The notes under the pieces: model-generated
The model's input: only the letters and a program-made list of their open reading frames with translations
What the model was told of the DNA's origin: nothing
The model's database searches: none
Shown: positions 19,704 through 29,304 of the stretch, piece after piece
Position numbering within the stretch: position 1 is the stretch's first letter
How the letters are laid out: each line of letters starts with the position of its first letter
DNA from: an uncultured Verrucomicrobiales bacterium
GTDB taxonomy: Bacteria; Verrucomicrobiota; Verrucomicrobiia; Verrucomicrobiales; DEV007
Assembly (NCBI GenBank): GCA_938091905.1
Contig: CALKOM010000001.1
Span: forward strand, 1-64,000
Direction: 5' to 3'
Length of the DNA stretch: 64,000 bases
Made by a program: the position numbers and the translations under genes

Positions 19704-22700
19704 CTACTGAAACTTCAGGCGGACATGGTCCTGAGCTGCATCTGTGAGCTGCGCGGTGACTTCGTCGGCCACCGTTTCAATCTGTCCGGCGAAATCCACC
19801 CAAGTCGCGAGATCCGCTGATGTTTGCAGGGTGGTAGTGACTCCGATAATTCCGGTAGCTATTGAGTAACTAACGGAGACGCCGGCGGCATCAGCGCTTA
19901 CGGTGAAGGGCTCGCGGTCATGAGCGACGACCGGATCGGTGCCGAGCGCAAATTCTGCTAAATTCACGAAGCCATCGCCATCGGGGTCGTCCGTCTTTCC
20001 GGCAGGAGAACCATCCGTGATCGTGGCTGCGGCCCATTCTTCATAAGTCTGTCCCACGGGGGGATCGCCAACGTCGGTCTTTCCTGGGGTGCCTCGGACT
20101 TCGCTGGAAATGGCCCAGTTAGACGCCATGTTAGGGTCTGGATTTCCTTTGAAGCCGATCAGCTCAAGGGAGAAGCCGTCTCCATCCGCTTCGGTCGGCC
20201 ATGGCGCATTGTCGTTGTAGTCAATGGCGACGATGGCTTCACCGGTGGCGCCTGCGAAGCCGACCTGATCTCCCGAATTGGCGAGGGCACCTTCATAGAC
20301 GCCTGAGACAACGATGGCGTCACCGTAGCGTTCGCGGAAGGCCTCCAGGTTTCTAACAAGAACCGCAGAAGCACCCGGAGAGAGGATGAGAGGCTCAGTC
20401 TGCGTGTAGCTTATGCCGTCATTGGCAGTCACGCCTAACAAATCAATCGGTGCGGTGCCGATATTCGTGAACTCCAGGAATTCGTAATCATCGTCATTGA
20501 CCATTGGCACGGACTCGGGATGGTAGATGATTTCGGACACGACGAGATTTCCAGCTGCAGCGGGTTCCGAACCGATCACGAACTGAACATTGGCCGGTGC
20601 GCTCCATTGCTGGTCTGGGCCATCCGACTTGGGCTTGTAACTTGGCAGGTACTCGCGCACGACCAAGTTTGCCGAGGCGTTCAATGTGAACACGCCATCA
20701 TACTTGATGGCTGTGGCGCTAATTTCGCCGCCAGCCAGACGAGGATCGGTGCCGTCCGTAGTGTAATAGAGGTCTGTCGGGCTAAAGAGCGTGCCACGAT
20801 TGGCCTTGAGACGAATGGTTCCGTCGGCCGCTAGGGCTCCTCCGTTTGGCGTGACACCAGGAGGACGGACAAACTCTTTGTCTACCCAGTCGGCGCGTGT
20901 GGTTAGCCAGTCTTTGAGGCGATCAATTTCACCCTGCCAGCCGCCATGCTCAGGCGGCGCGCCGGGCCAGCGCTCTTCATTGCGTCCTTGGGCTTCACGA
21001 ATTTCATCAGCCATTGAATTGATAAGTGTTATGATATACTCGTTGCTGAATGCGTCCACTCGCAGTTCATGCCAGCGATCGCAATACTGCTGCTGGAACT
21101 CGCGGTTACCAAAAAGGTCGCCCCACCACCGTTGGGTTTGATTCTCAAAGAAGGACGTTCCTCGATCCCCGCTGATGCCTCGCCACGTTTCCGGCTGACT
21201 CGCTCTAGGAGGATTCCCGAAACGGTCGTCTGATCCTGAAGAGATATTGAAATCCCATACAGGACCACCGAACACTTTCCCATTCCTTTCCTTGTAGAAG
21301 AAGGTGCTCAGTCGGAGAGAATCGACGTTGAGCATCAGCATGTTGATCATGTGATGGTCGATCCACGAGGGTACATCGATGAAGGCAGGGTAGCCAGTTT
21401 CTGGATCGGCGGAGTCAAGCGAGTCCCTCATGTCGTCGAGGTAGTCTTCCAAGTAATCCTGTTGAGCATCGGTCAATTCGCTAGCCGGCGGATCTGTGAT
21501 GACAATGCTTTGGCCGCCACCAGTAGTCCGTGTATCATTAGGAGGGCCACCGCGATCGACTTTGAAGATATAACCGCCGGTGACCTCGGGTTCGGCGTTC
21601 TGGTCTTCAGCGAGTTCTGCAATGTCGATACGATCCGCATCACGTTTCATCGCTTCCATGAAACTGTAGACACCGACGTAGTCATCAACGCTAACGGGAC
21701 CATTACCATCATTGACATAGACTTCGCAGAAACGTGTCCGCGCAGCATATCGGCCGATATCGCGGCTGAGCTGGTAGGTGAATTCATTGCGGATCAAGGC
21801 ACGGTCATCTCCATAGCGTCCGCTGAGAATCCAGTCTGATTCTGAGGGCATTCCAAGAGGCTTGTTCACCTTGTCCTCCCCGTCTTCGTCCTGAAACTCG
21901 AGCCGGTAGGACTTCTTGGGGAAGCTTTGGGTCGACGAACCCCGTGTCCGAATCTGTCCGCTCCCGGTTAGGCTGAATGGCTCGTTGGCATGGAACCGGG
22001 TGCGGCTGTCTTCGCCACTTGGTCTCTTGATGGCAAGGAGCATATCGTCATAGGTCGTGCCGATGGTGCCTGGGCTTTGGACAATGACCAATGGCAAGTT
22101 GCTCGAGATCGATGCTAGTTCAGGGGTGACTTGGAAGAACACTTCCTGGGTAAGTGGGCCGCCCGAGATCTGGGCACTCAGAATAGTTGATTCGGTTAGT
22201 TCGATGGGCTCAGTGTAGGTTGAGCCGTTGAAGAGCGTTGGCTTATTACCATCGGTCGTGTAGCTGATCTTGCTTCCGGACCGTGTGGATAGGGCCACCT
22301 CCAAGGTGTCGGTGAAGGCTTGTCCTGAGATAGCGAACTCCACTGCTTCCGCGACTTTGCCGCTTCCATTGGCTTCGTCCGGTGTGGGCGAGGAGAAGAA
22401 GTTGAGAACCCAGAGATCGCCGGAGGCTCGTACGCCATAACTCTCGTCCTCGCTTAGTTGAGGGATCTCGGGGGCGAATTGATCGAGGATCGTTGTCTTG
22501 TCCGGATTGACCAAGGCGAGGAACTCGCCGCCATTTTTGAGTTGAAAGTTGGCGTGCAACTCGGTGCCGGCTCCACCGCGATCTTTCCCTGAGGCGAAGA
22601 TGATGAGGTAGCCATCAGCAGCCAATTCCACGGCAGGCAATACCCACTTGTTGAGGTCATCGTCATCGTCCGTCAGGAAATAGCCGCCTAAATCGACAGC

Positions 22701-22883
22701 GGCATCCCCATCATTGTGCAGCTCGATCCAATCGGGAGATTCGCCATCCTCATCGAGCAACGTGGTGACATTGTTTGTCATCACCTCGGAGAGGATAATA
22801 TCGGCGGAAGCCATCTGGGCGAAGCCTGTTCCAAAAATCGCGATGCCAGCGGCGAGCCATCGGCGGGAGAGAAGATATTTCAT
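19704..22883 (-). CDS. Secreted CotH kinase-family protein with lamin-tail and Fn3-associated domains
   Basis: Signal peptide; ISEVM...DWIELHN LTD; YTTDG; RTRGSST..FPKKSY, GPVWDFN CotH motifs; second LTD (VSEIIYHP); DPDGDG..NLAEFALGTDP tail. Confidence 0.9.
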   Translation of the reverse strand: MKYLLSRRWLAAGIAIFGTGFAQMASADIILSEVMTNNVTTLLDEDGESPDWIELHNDGDAAVDLGGYFLTDDDDDLNKWVLPAVELAADGYLIIFASGKDRGGAGTELHANFQLKNGGEFLALVNPDKTTILDQFAPEIPQLSEDESYGVRASGDLWVLNFFSSPTPDEANGSGKVAEAVEFAISGQAFTDTLEVALSTRSGSKISYTTDGNKPTLFNGSTYTEPIELTESTILSAQISGGPLTQEVFFQVTPELASISSNLPLVIVQSPGTIGTTYDDMLLAIKRPSGEDSRTRFHANEPFSLTGSGQIRTRGSSTQSFPKKSYRLEFQDEDGEDKVNKPLGMPSESDWILSGRYGDDRALIRNEFTYQLSRDIGRYAARTRFCEVYVNDGNGPVSVDDYVGVYSFMEAMKRDADRIDIAELAEDQNAEPEVTGGYIFKVDRGGPPNDTRTTGGGQSIVITDPPASELTDAQQDYLEDYLDDMRDSLDSADPETGYPAFIDVPSWIDHHMINMLMLNVDSLRLSTFFYKERNGKVFGGPVWDFNISSGSDDRFGNPPRASQPETWRGISGDRGTSFFENQTQRWWGDLFGNREFQQQYCDRWHELRVDAFSNEYIITLINSMADEIREAQGRNEERWPGAPPEHGGWQGEIDRLKDWLTTRADWVDKEFVRPPGVTPNGGALAADGTIRLKANRGTLFSPTDLYYTTDGTDPRLAGGEISATAIKYDGVFTLNASANLVVREYLPSYKPKSDGPDQQWSAPANVQFVIGSEPAAAGNLVVSEIIYHPESVPMVNDDDYEFLEFTNIGTAPIDLLGVTANDGISYTQTEPLILSPGASAVLVRNLEAFRERYGDAIVVSGVYEGALANSGDQVGFAGATGEAIVAIDYNDNAPWPTEADGDGFSLELIGFKGNPDPNMASNWAISSEVRGTPGKTDVGDPPVGQTYEEWAAATITDGSPAGKTDDPDGDGFVNLAEFALGTDPVVAHDREPFTVSADAAGVSVSYSIATGIIGVTTTLQTSADLATWVDFAGQIETVADEVTAQLTDAAQDHVRLKFQ

Positions 22884-22993
22884 AGGGGGGGCAGGAGGTT
22901 GGTCAGGGTCAGTCTATAATGTCACCTAGTTCCCCTTGGTGCGTAAGATCGTACAGATCTTGCAGACGTTAGGCCCCTGTGGTAATCGGCAGA

Positions 22994-24238
22994 ATGGAGA
23001 TCAACGGCTACTTCCTCTTTATCGCCATCACGGTCATCGGCTTCTACTTGCTTGATGTGGTCTCCAACTTGCTCAATCTCAGGGCTCTCAAGCCCGAGCT
23101 GCCGAGCGAGTTTGAGGATGTCTTCGACAATGAGAAGTATGCCCAATCTCAGGCCTACACGCGAGAAACGACGAAGTTTGGACTGCTCGAGTCGACCTTC
23201 TCACTCATCGTCTTTCTCCTCTTCTGGTGGCTGGGTGGCTTCCAATGGCTCGATGCGCAGGTACGAAGTTTTGAATTTGGTCCCATTGTAACCGGCCTCC
23301 TGTTCGTGGCTGTGCTCGTGGTGGCCGGACAAATCCTTTCATTGCCATTCAATCTCTATGATACGTTTGTCATCGAAGAGAATTACGGGTTCAACAAGAT
23401 GAGTGGAAAAACCTTTGTGACCGACTTCGTGAAGAACTTGTTTCTCAGTGTGTTGTTGGGTCTCCCCATCTTTGCGCTGCTGCTCTATCTTTTTCAGAGT
23501 CCAGCCTTTGGGAACGTCGCCTGGCTGGTTGCCTGGATTGCCACCACGGTCTTCCAGCTCTTTCTCCTCTTCGTCTACCCCAAGTGGATTCTCCCAATGT
23601 TCAACAAGTTCGTTCCTCTAGAAGATGGCGAACTGCGTGAGGGTATCGAGGCCATGGCCAAGAAGTGTGACTTTCCACTCACCGGTGTCTTTGAGATGGA
23701 TGGTTCAAAGCGTTCTACCAAGAGCAATGCTTACTTCGCTGGATTCGGGAAACACAAGAAGATCGCTCTCTTCGACACGCTGATTAAGAAGCACACGGTT
23801 CCTGAGCTGGTCGCCGTGCTTGCGCATGAGATCGGTCACTTCAAAAAGAAGCACATTCTCAAAACGCTTGTCTTGGGAATCCTGCAAATGGGCTTTATCT
23901 TCTATTTGTTAGGCTTGTTCCTCAACAATCGGAGCCTTTTCGATGCCTTTGGCGTGCAAGAGACGTCGGTTTATCTTAGCTTTATCTTCTTCTCGTTTTT
24001 GTTGAGTCCTTTGAGTAAATTGATAGGTGTTGGCATGGCGATCTTCAGCAGAAAGAATGAGTTTGAAGCAGATGCCTTTGCCGTGGACGTCACGGGCAGT
24101 GCCACGCCTCTGATTACGGCGCTAAAATCACTCTCTAAGGAGAACTTGAGCAATCTTACGCCGCATCCGTTCTACGTCTTCATCAATTATTCTCACCCAC
24201 CGATGACGGCGCGTCTTGCTGCTTTGCGGGCTTTGTAG
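22994..24238 (+). CDS. M48-family Zn metalloprotease, Ste24/CAAX-protease-like
   Basis: Multiple TM; DGSKRSTKSNAYFAG, HEIGH, EFEADAFA, HPP motifs. Confidence 0.93.
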   Translation: MEINGYFLFIAITVIGFYLLDVVSNLLNLRALKPELPSEFEDVFDNEKYAQSQAYTRETTKFGLLESTFSLIVFLLFWWLGGFQWLDAQVRSFEFGPIVTGLLFVAVLVVAGQILSLPFNLYDTFVIEENYGFNKMSGKTFVTDFVKNLFLSVLLGLPIFALLLYLFQSPAFGNVAWLVAWIATTVFQLFLLFVYPKWILPMFNKFVPLEDGELREGIEAMAKKCDFPLTGVFEMDGSKRSTKSNAYFAGFGKHKKIALFDTLIKKHTVPELVAVLAHEIGHFKKKHILKTLVLGILQMGFIFYLLGLFLNNRSLFDAFGVQETSVYLSFIFFSFLLSPLSKLIGVGMAIFSRKNEFEADAFAVDVTGSATPLITALKSLSKENLSNLTPHPFYVFINYSHPPMTARLAALRAL

Positions 24239-24239
24239 C

Positions 24240-24689
24240 ATGGCTAAAGAACTCACACATTTGGCGGCAGATGGTTCCATCTCCATGGTCGATGTTTCTG
24301 ACAAAGAAGTCATTTCTCGTGTGGCGACGGCACGCGGGCATATCAAATTGGAAGCGGAAACCATCCGTCTCATCAATACAGATGGTCTGAAGAAAGGAAA
24401 CGTGCTGGCGACAGCTCGCATCGCCGGGATTCAAGCAGCCAAGCAAACGGCGACGCTCATTCCGCTTTGCCATCAGCTTCCGTTGTGCCATGTCAGTGTC
24501 GATTTTGAAGAAGTGTCAGACGGGTTTGCCCTCCAGGCTACCGCGAAGACCGAAGCGCAGACTGGCGTGGAGATGGAGGCTCTTACCGCCACGAGCATTG
24601 CGGCGCTAACCATGTACGACATGTGCAAGGCCGTGGATGCGAACATGATCATTTCTGAGGTGACCTTGGTAGAGAAGGTGAAGGGGTAG
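24240..24689 (+). CDS. moaC: Cyclic pyranopterin monophosphate synthase MoaC
   Basis: LTHL, MVDVSDK, KGNVLATARIAG, LIPLCH, TGVEMEAL, YDMCKAVD. Confidence 0.97.
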   Translation: MAKELTHLAADGSISMVDVSDKEVISRVATARGHIKLEAETIRLINTDGLKKGNVLATARIAGIQAAKQTATLIPLCHQLPLCHVSVDFEEVSDGFALQATAKTEAQTGVEMEALTATSIAALTMYDMCKAVDANMIISEVTLVEKVKG

Positions 24690-24697
24690 GGTTTCCC

Positions 24698-25693
24698 ATG
24701 CGACGCTCCGTTCGATACTCGCTCTTGCTTGCATGTCTGTTGGGCGGTGTCGCCATGGTCCAAGGCCAAGAGCGGAATCGATTGCCAGATCCCGTGAGAC
24801 CTGAGGTCGAGGCGACTTATTTGAAGGGGCTGGCATACCTTGTGGGCGAGCAGACCCCAGAAGGATGCTGGAAGGATCGATATGGGCGTTATCCGGGTGT
24901 GGTGGGGTTTGCGGTCATGGCGATGATAGCTCATGGAGATGATCCGAATTCTGGACCCTATCATCGTCATATTCGGCAATCGCTAGCCTTCTTGTTAAGC
25001 AAGCAGAATGCGGACAATGGGTTCATCGGCGACAGCATGTACAATCATGGGTTTGCGACCATTGCCCTTGCAGAAGCTTATGGGGCAGTGGACCAAGTTG
25101 GGTTGGGGCTCGCCCTGAAGAGGGCGACGGAACTGATCCTCACGTCCCAAGCTCAGAATCCACGGGGAGCATGGCGTTACAAGCCCGAGGGAAAGGATGC
25201 CGATTCTACGGTGAGCGGCGCGCAGTTGGTCGCACTCTTGGCTGCACGCAATGCCGGGATTCATGTGCCGGATGCAGCGATTGATCGTGGCTTGGCCTTC
25301 TTGGAAGCGTGCCAGAGCCCTGGCGGGGGCTATGGTTACAGCAGCCCTGGGAGCCCCAACGTGCCCCGCACAGCGATTGGGCTGTTAGTGCATGCTTTGG
25401 CGCACAGACGGGACGCACCGGGGTTAGATCGTTCGTACCAGTATCTTATTCAGGACCTGGATTACCGTGATCAGACCTATCCATACTACTATGAATACTA
25501 CATGGCGCAGGCTCTGTTCCAGTGGGATGTGGCGACCTGGGAGGAATGGGATCGCCGGAATGTACGCTATCTCATAGAGAACCAGGCACCGGATGGGTCG
25601 TGGAGCTGTTCTCAAGGTGAAACGTTTGCGACCGCTGCTGCCCTTCTTTCCATGGCCCTGAACTACCGTTACCTTCCAATTTATGAGCGTTAG
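24698..25693 (+). CDS. Secreted prenyltransferase/squalene-oxidase-repeat (alpha/alpha toroid) protein
   Basis: Signal peptide; repeated L...Q..DG.W units; MYNHGFATIALAEAYG; GAWRY.P..DAD. Confidence 0.88.
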   Translation: MRRSVRYSLLLACLLGGVAMVQGQERNRLPDPVRPEVEATYLKGLAYLVGEQTPEGCWKDRYGRYPGVVGFAVMAMIAHGDDPNSGPYHRHIRQSLAFLLSKQNADNGFIGDSMYNHGFATIALAEAYGAVDQVGLGLALKRATELILTSQAQNPRGAWRYKPEGKDADSTVSGAQLVALLAARNAGIHVPDAAIDRGLAFLEACQSPGGGYGYSSPGSPNVPRTAIGLLVHALAHRRDAPGLDRSYQYLIQDLDYRDQTYPYYYEYYMAQALFQWDVATWEEWDRRNVRYLIENQAPDGSWSCSQGETFATAAALLSMALNYRYLPIYER

Positions 25694-28292
25694 GGTTCTT
25701 GTTGTTTTTTTGTTAGTAAAGTTAGGGCATTCTCTCCATGGGCAACTCTATTTTCCCGGGAGTGATGTTCTTTCTGGTGATCTTAAGGCCTTGGATACGG
25801 CACGTGGGTATCTCCAATGGAATTATCCGGGTGTGGACAAGCCCTTTCAGTTTGAAACGACAGCGGTGTCTCATGTCATTCTCAATCATGACGAGGACAC
25901 GGTGAAACTTCCTGGTAAATATCGTGTCACCCTGACGCAAGGCGATGTGCTTCAAGGAGAGATCACGGACATCGATGAAAGCACGGTCACGGTCGACGCG
26001 GGCTTTGCTGAACCGTTTGTTCTCCCGAAGACGACCATTCACCGAATAGACCGCGATTGGGATCGATCTCACCTTGCGTATTCGGGCCCGAACAACGCTG
26101 ATGAGTGGAAGGTGGGTTATCGTGGCACGAACTGGAAGTTTGAGCCTGATGAGAAGGCGTTGGTGTGTACTAGCTATAGTAGCACGGGACGGGAGATTGA
26201 GAATATTCCTAACAAATTCCGATTCGAATTGCAGTTGACGCTCAAAGACGAACCGATCCTCCACCTCTTTCTCTGTGCGGACAACCCACGCAATGGCGGA
26301 GACAATTACTACTACCTCAAGCTTACCTCCAACGTGATTGACTTTGAGAGACGCCTCAAAGATCATCCGAGAACGTACATCAGTCTTCCCAAAGAATCCG
26401 CCGCTTCGGGTGGTCAGGGACTTTTCCAAGGAAAGACGGAGCTGCACCTGGCAGTGGAAGTTGATCGGCTAGCGAAGCGGCTGAAGCTCTTTCTCGATGG
26501 GAAACTCTACGCAAGTTACCGCGACCCGTCGCCAATGGCTGCGGATGGTTCTAGTATCATTCTGACGAGCTATGGATCTGGCAGTCTCGAAGCCCGAGAT
26601 GTCAGGCTCTATGCTCTGGATCGGCTGACGGTGCTCAATCATGAAGTGCTCTTAGGCAATGCCTTGCTCGAAGGCGGCGACACGTTGGCGACTGATTTGC
26701 TTGCGAAAGATCAGTTAGGCCAGTTGCTCTCTGTTCAGTTCCACCCTTTGGGGGATGTAGCAAAGAATCAGCCTCGTTGTGAGCTGCTGAATGGGGGCCA
26801 GTTAGGTGGTGATTTGCGTGTGGGTGAGGACGGTATGCTTGCCGTACAGCACAATATTTTGGGTGCCTGTGCCTTTCCCTTGTCGTGGGTGAGGAAGTTC
26901 ACGTTTCGACCGAATGACGCTCGATCTGGATACGGTCGGGTTTTCTTTAAGAATGGAGATCAGTTAGGCGGTGTGCCGCATTCATGGGATGAGTCGAACG
27001 GTCTCCAATGGCGACGGCCTGGAGAGGACGCTTTACTGGAGTTTCCGGCTTACTCCCTCGCAGAAATGCGTTTGGAGCCTGAGGCCGATCCAGCTCCGTC
27101 TCAAGCCACCCTTCGCCTTGTTGGCGGTGACCAACTCCCGGGTAAGGTGACTAACATAACCCCTGAGACGATCATCTTGGAGACCAGTTTCTCCAAGCCT
27201 ATGGAGCTAAAAGCGCTTGTCGTGCAACGCATGGACTTTACCCAAATGGGACATCTCTACGCGTCTGGTCCTGAGCTTCCCATCACACGGTGGACGAAGA
27301 ACGGGATCAAAAGCGATTGGCAGTTTAATGAAGAGGGCGTCTTGGTTGGGCGGGGCCTGGGTGGCATAGGCCAGGCGGTTTCCATGCCGGAACGTGGCCG
27401 TCTTGATATTGAGTTGAGTTGGAAGGGCTTTCTCGATGCGTCGATCACGCTCTTCGCTCGTGACTTGTCCCGGTCCTCGCAGCCTCGATCCTATCGGTTT
27501 CACTGCGAAAGCGAACGCGTCACGCTCTTTCGAGGTTTAACGGCAGCAGAGGTTCAAGTTGGTAAGGAGGACGATGATCCGTTGCGGAATCGGCGCTTAG
27601 ATGAACAGTTGGAGCGTTTCTCGGCGCAGTTTGGCGGCGGCGCGTCACGTAAACTTGGTAGTCCCGTGGCCGTGGATTTCCGACGCCACGAACGGGTGGA
27701 GCAGTTCAGTGTGTGTTGGGATATGGCGACGGCTGAGATCTCCTTTGTCCTTAATGGCACGGTGCTCCGAACTTGGAATGATCCCGCTGGGCTCGTGATG
27801 CCTGCCTCTGGGTTGATCTTCCAACAGCACAACCAAAGTACGGCCTTTCGCATCCATCGATTTATGGTGGAAGAGTGGAATGGTGTTCTGCCAGAACCTC
27901 CCTTGACGATGAAAGAGAGTAAAGAGCTCACCGAGACTCGTCTGCGTTTGCGCAATCAAGACGAGTTTGCCGCGGTGTCCTTAAGCTTGAAGGAGGCAAC
28001 TGCGCCTCTCATGTTGGGGGCTGAATTGGGACCACTCGCGATCCCTCTCGATCGATTGCGCTGGATTCAGTATCCGAACCGGAAGATTCCAATTGAGCAT
28101 CAGAAGGGTATGGCGGTGGAAGCTGAGTTGGTGCCAGCGGGATTGTGCCGCTTCTTTCTGCACAAGCTTGAGAAAGGCGCATTGCATGTTGGTAGCCCCT
28201 ACTTTGGAGAGAATACGCTGCAACTGAGTGGGATCCGGAGGTTGACCTTTGATCTTCAGGACCGGCACTTCTGGCAGGGCCAGAAACGCTAG
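25683..28292 (+). CDS. Large secreted hypothetical protein with repeated L..GD.L.G beta-modules and lectin-like segments
   Basis: 869-aa ORF overlapping the previous stop; internal repeats LTQGDVLQG, LLNGGQLGG, FKNGDQLGG, LVGGDQLPG. Confidence 0.75.
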   Translation: MSVRVLVVFLLVKLGHSLHGQLYFPGSDVLSGDLKALDTARGYLQWNYPGVDKPFQFETTAVSHVILNHDEDTVKLPGKYRVTLTQGDVLQGEITDIDESTVTVDAGFAEPFVLPKTTIHRIDRDWDRSHLAYSGPNNADEWKVGYRGTNWKFEPDEKALVCTSYSSTGREIENIPNKFRFELQLTLKDEPILHLFLCADNPRNGGDNYYYLKLTSNVIDFERRLKDHPRTYISLPKESAASGGQGLFQGKTELHLAVEVDRLAKRLKLFLDGKLYASYRDPSPMAADGSSIILTSYGSGSLEARDVRLYALDRLTVLNHEVLLGNALLEGGDTLATDLLAKDQLGQLLSVQFHPLGDVAKNQPRCELLNGGQLGGDLRVGEDGMLAVQHNILGACAFPLSWVRKFTFRPNDARSGYGRVFFKNGDQLGGVPHSWDESNGLQWRRPGEDALLEFPAYSLAEMRLEPEADPAPSQATLRLVGGDQLPGKVTNITPETIILETSFSKPMELKALVVQRMDFTQMGHLYASGPELPITRWTKNGIKSDWQFNEEGVLVGRGLGGIGQAVSMPERGRLDIELSWKGFLDASITLFARDLSRSSQPRSYRFHCESERVTLFRGLTAAEVQVGKEDDDPLRNRRLDEQLERFSAQFGGGASRKLGSPVAVDFRRHERVEQFSVCWDMATAEISFVLNGTVLRTWNDPAGLVMPASGLIFQQHNQSTAFRIHRFMVEEWNGVLPEPPLTMKESKELTETRLRLRNQDEFAAVSLSLKEATAPLMLGAELGPLAIPLDRLRWIQYPNRKIPIEHQKGMAVEAELVPAGLCRFFLHKLEKGALHVGSPYFGENTLQLSGIRRLTFDLQDRHFWQGQKR

Positions 28293-28326
28293 GAAACATC
28301 GCCTTAGATCGCCTGATTGACTGATG

Positions 28327-28428
28327 GAGATGAAAGATGGGCAAGACGTTCTCCTGAAGGACCGCGGATGCTCATTGCGATAATACCGAATTTTTACTAG
28401 TTGAGATGAAAGATGGGCAAGACGTTCT
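28327..28428. repeat. Perfect 26-bp direct repeat, two copies 50 bp apart
   Basis: GAGATGAAAGATGGGCAAGACGTTCT at 28327-28352 and 28403-28428. Confidence 0.9.
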
Positions 28429-28691
28429 GCGTTTTGAGAATATCTGCAGCCTCAGGCTGTTTTCACCTGAGATATCCATATGGCAATTGGCAGACAGGTC
28501 CCTTTTCCGCATCCCTCAGTTTTTAAGCTGTTAGCGCTTGAAATTGGCGATTTACGCTTCTTTGCGATGGTGGGTTGGAAGTGAATCTGTCGTCTAGGAG
28601 AAGCGATTCGCATCCATAATTCCCACTCTCAGTAAAGGCGGCCCTCGTCGTTTTACATTGACTTTCCAATCCCTAAAGACAACATCATCCC

Positions 28692-29261
28692 GTGCTGAAA
28701 AAGATCATATCCACCACAAACGAAGACGATTATGCCGCTGAGGAACCAGCTGCAGAACCAGACGTCTATGCTGAGCCAGAAGCTGCTCAACCCTCTTACG
28801 GATCTTCGCCATCTTATCCCGAAACCTCTTATTCCTCCTCGCCCTCCCAAATGAGCAGGAATATCCTCTCGAGTGATGTTAAGATTAAGGGCTCCATCAG
28901 CTTTGGAGAAGAGCTGATCCTCGACGCCGCCGTCGAAGGTGAAGTGAACTCCGATGCGGGTCACTTGACGGTTGGTGAGAATGCCCGGGTCAAGGGCGAG
29001 ATCAAGACGCGCGCTGTCATCGTTTACGGTAAGATTGACGGCAATCTTACCGTAACTGAGCGCTGTGAACTCAAGGCAGACGCTGAAATCGTGGGAGATA
29101 TCCGGGCAGGAACGCTTTCGATCGAGGAAGGCGCAGCCTTCATGGGCCAGTCTTCTGTTGGAGCTGCAGCTGTGGCCAGCGCCAAGAGCGGCAGTAGTAG
29201 TTCGCCAAGCGCCAAGAGCGGCAGTAGTAGTTCGCCATCTTCATCATCGCCCGCCAAGTGA
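28692..29261 (+). CDS. Bactofilin (polymer-forming cytoskeletal protein)
   Basis: ILSSDVKIKGSISF..ELILDAAVEGEV..LTVGENARVKGEI..VIVYGKIDGN..IEEGAAFMG. Confidence 0.93.
   Translation: MLKKIISTTNEDDYAAEEPAAEPDVYAEPEAAQPSYGSSPSYPETSYSSSPSQMSRNILSSDVKIKGSISFGEELILDAAVEGEVNSDAGHLTVGENARVKGEIKTRAVIVYGKIDGNLTVTERCELKADAEIVGDIRAGTLSIEEGAAFMGQSSVGAAAVASAKSGSSSSPSAKSGSSSSPSSSSPAK
29178..29237 (+). repeat. In-frame 30-bp tandem duplication (SAKSGSSSSP x2) in the bactofilin tail
   Basis: AGCGCCAAGAGCGGCAGTAGTAGTTCGCCA repeated exactly. Confidence 0.95.
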
Positions 29262-29304
29262 TCTTCATAGCACGTGTCGCAAATCTTAGAGCACGCCCAA
29301 AGCC

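Noticed and set aside
24698..25693. Squalene-hopene cyclase
   Set aside because: Only 331 aa, has a signal peptide, and lacks the DXDD motif
28327..28428. CRISPR array
   Set aside because: Only two repeats, non-palindromic, 50-bp spacer, and no cas genes in the window
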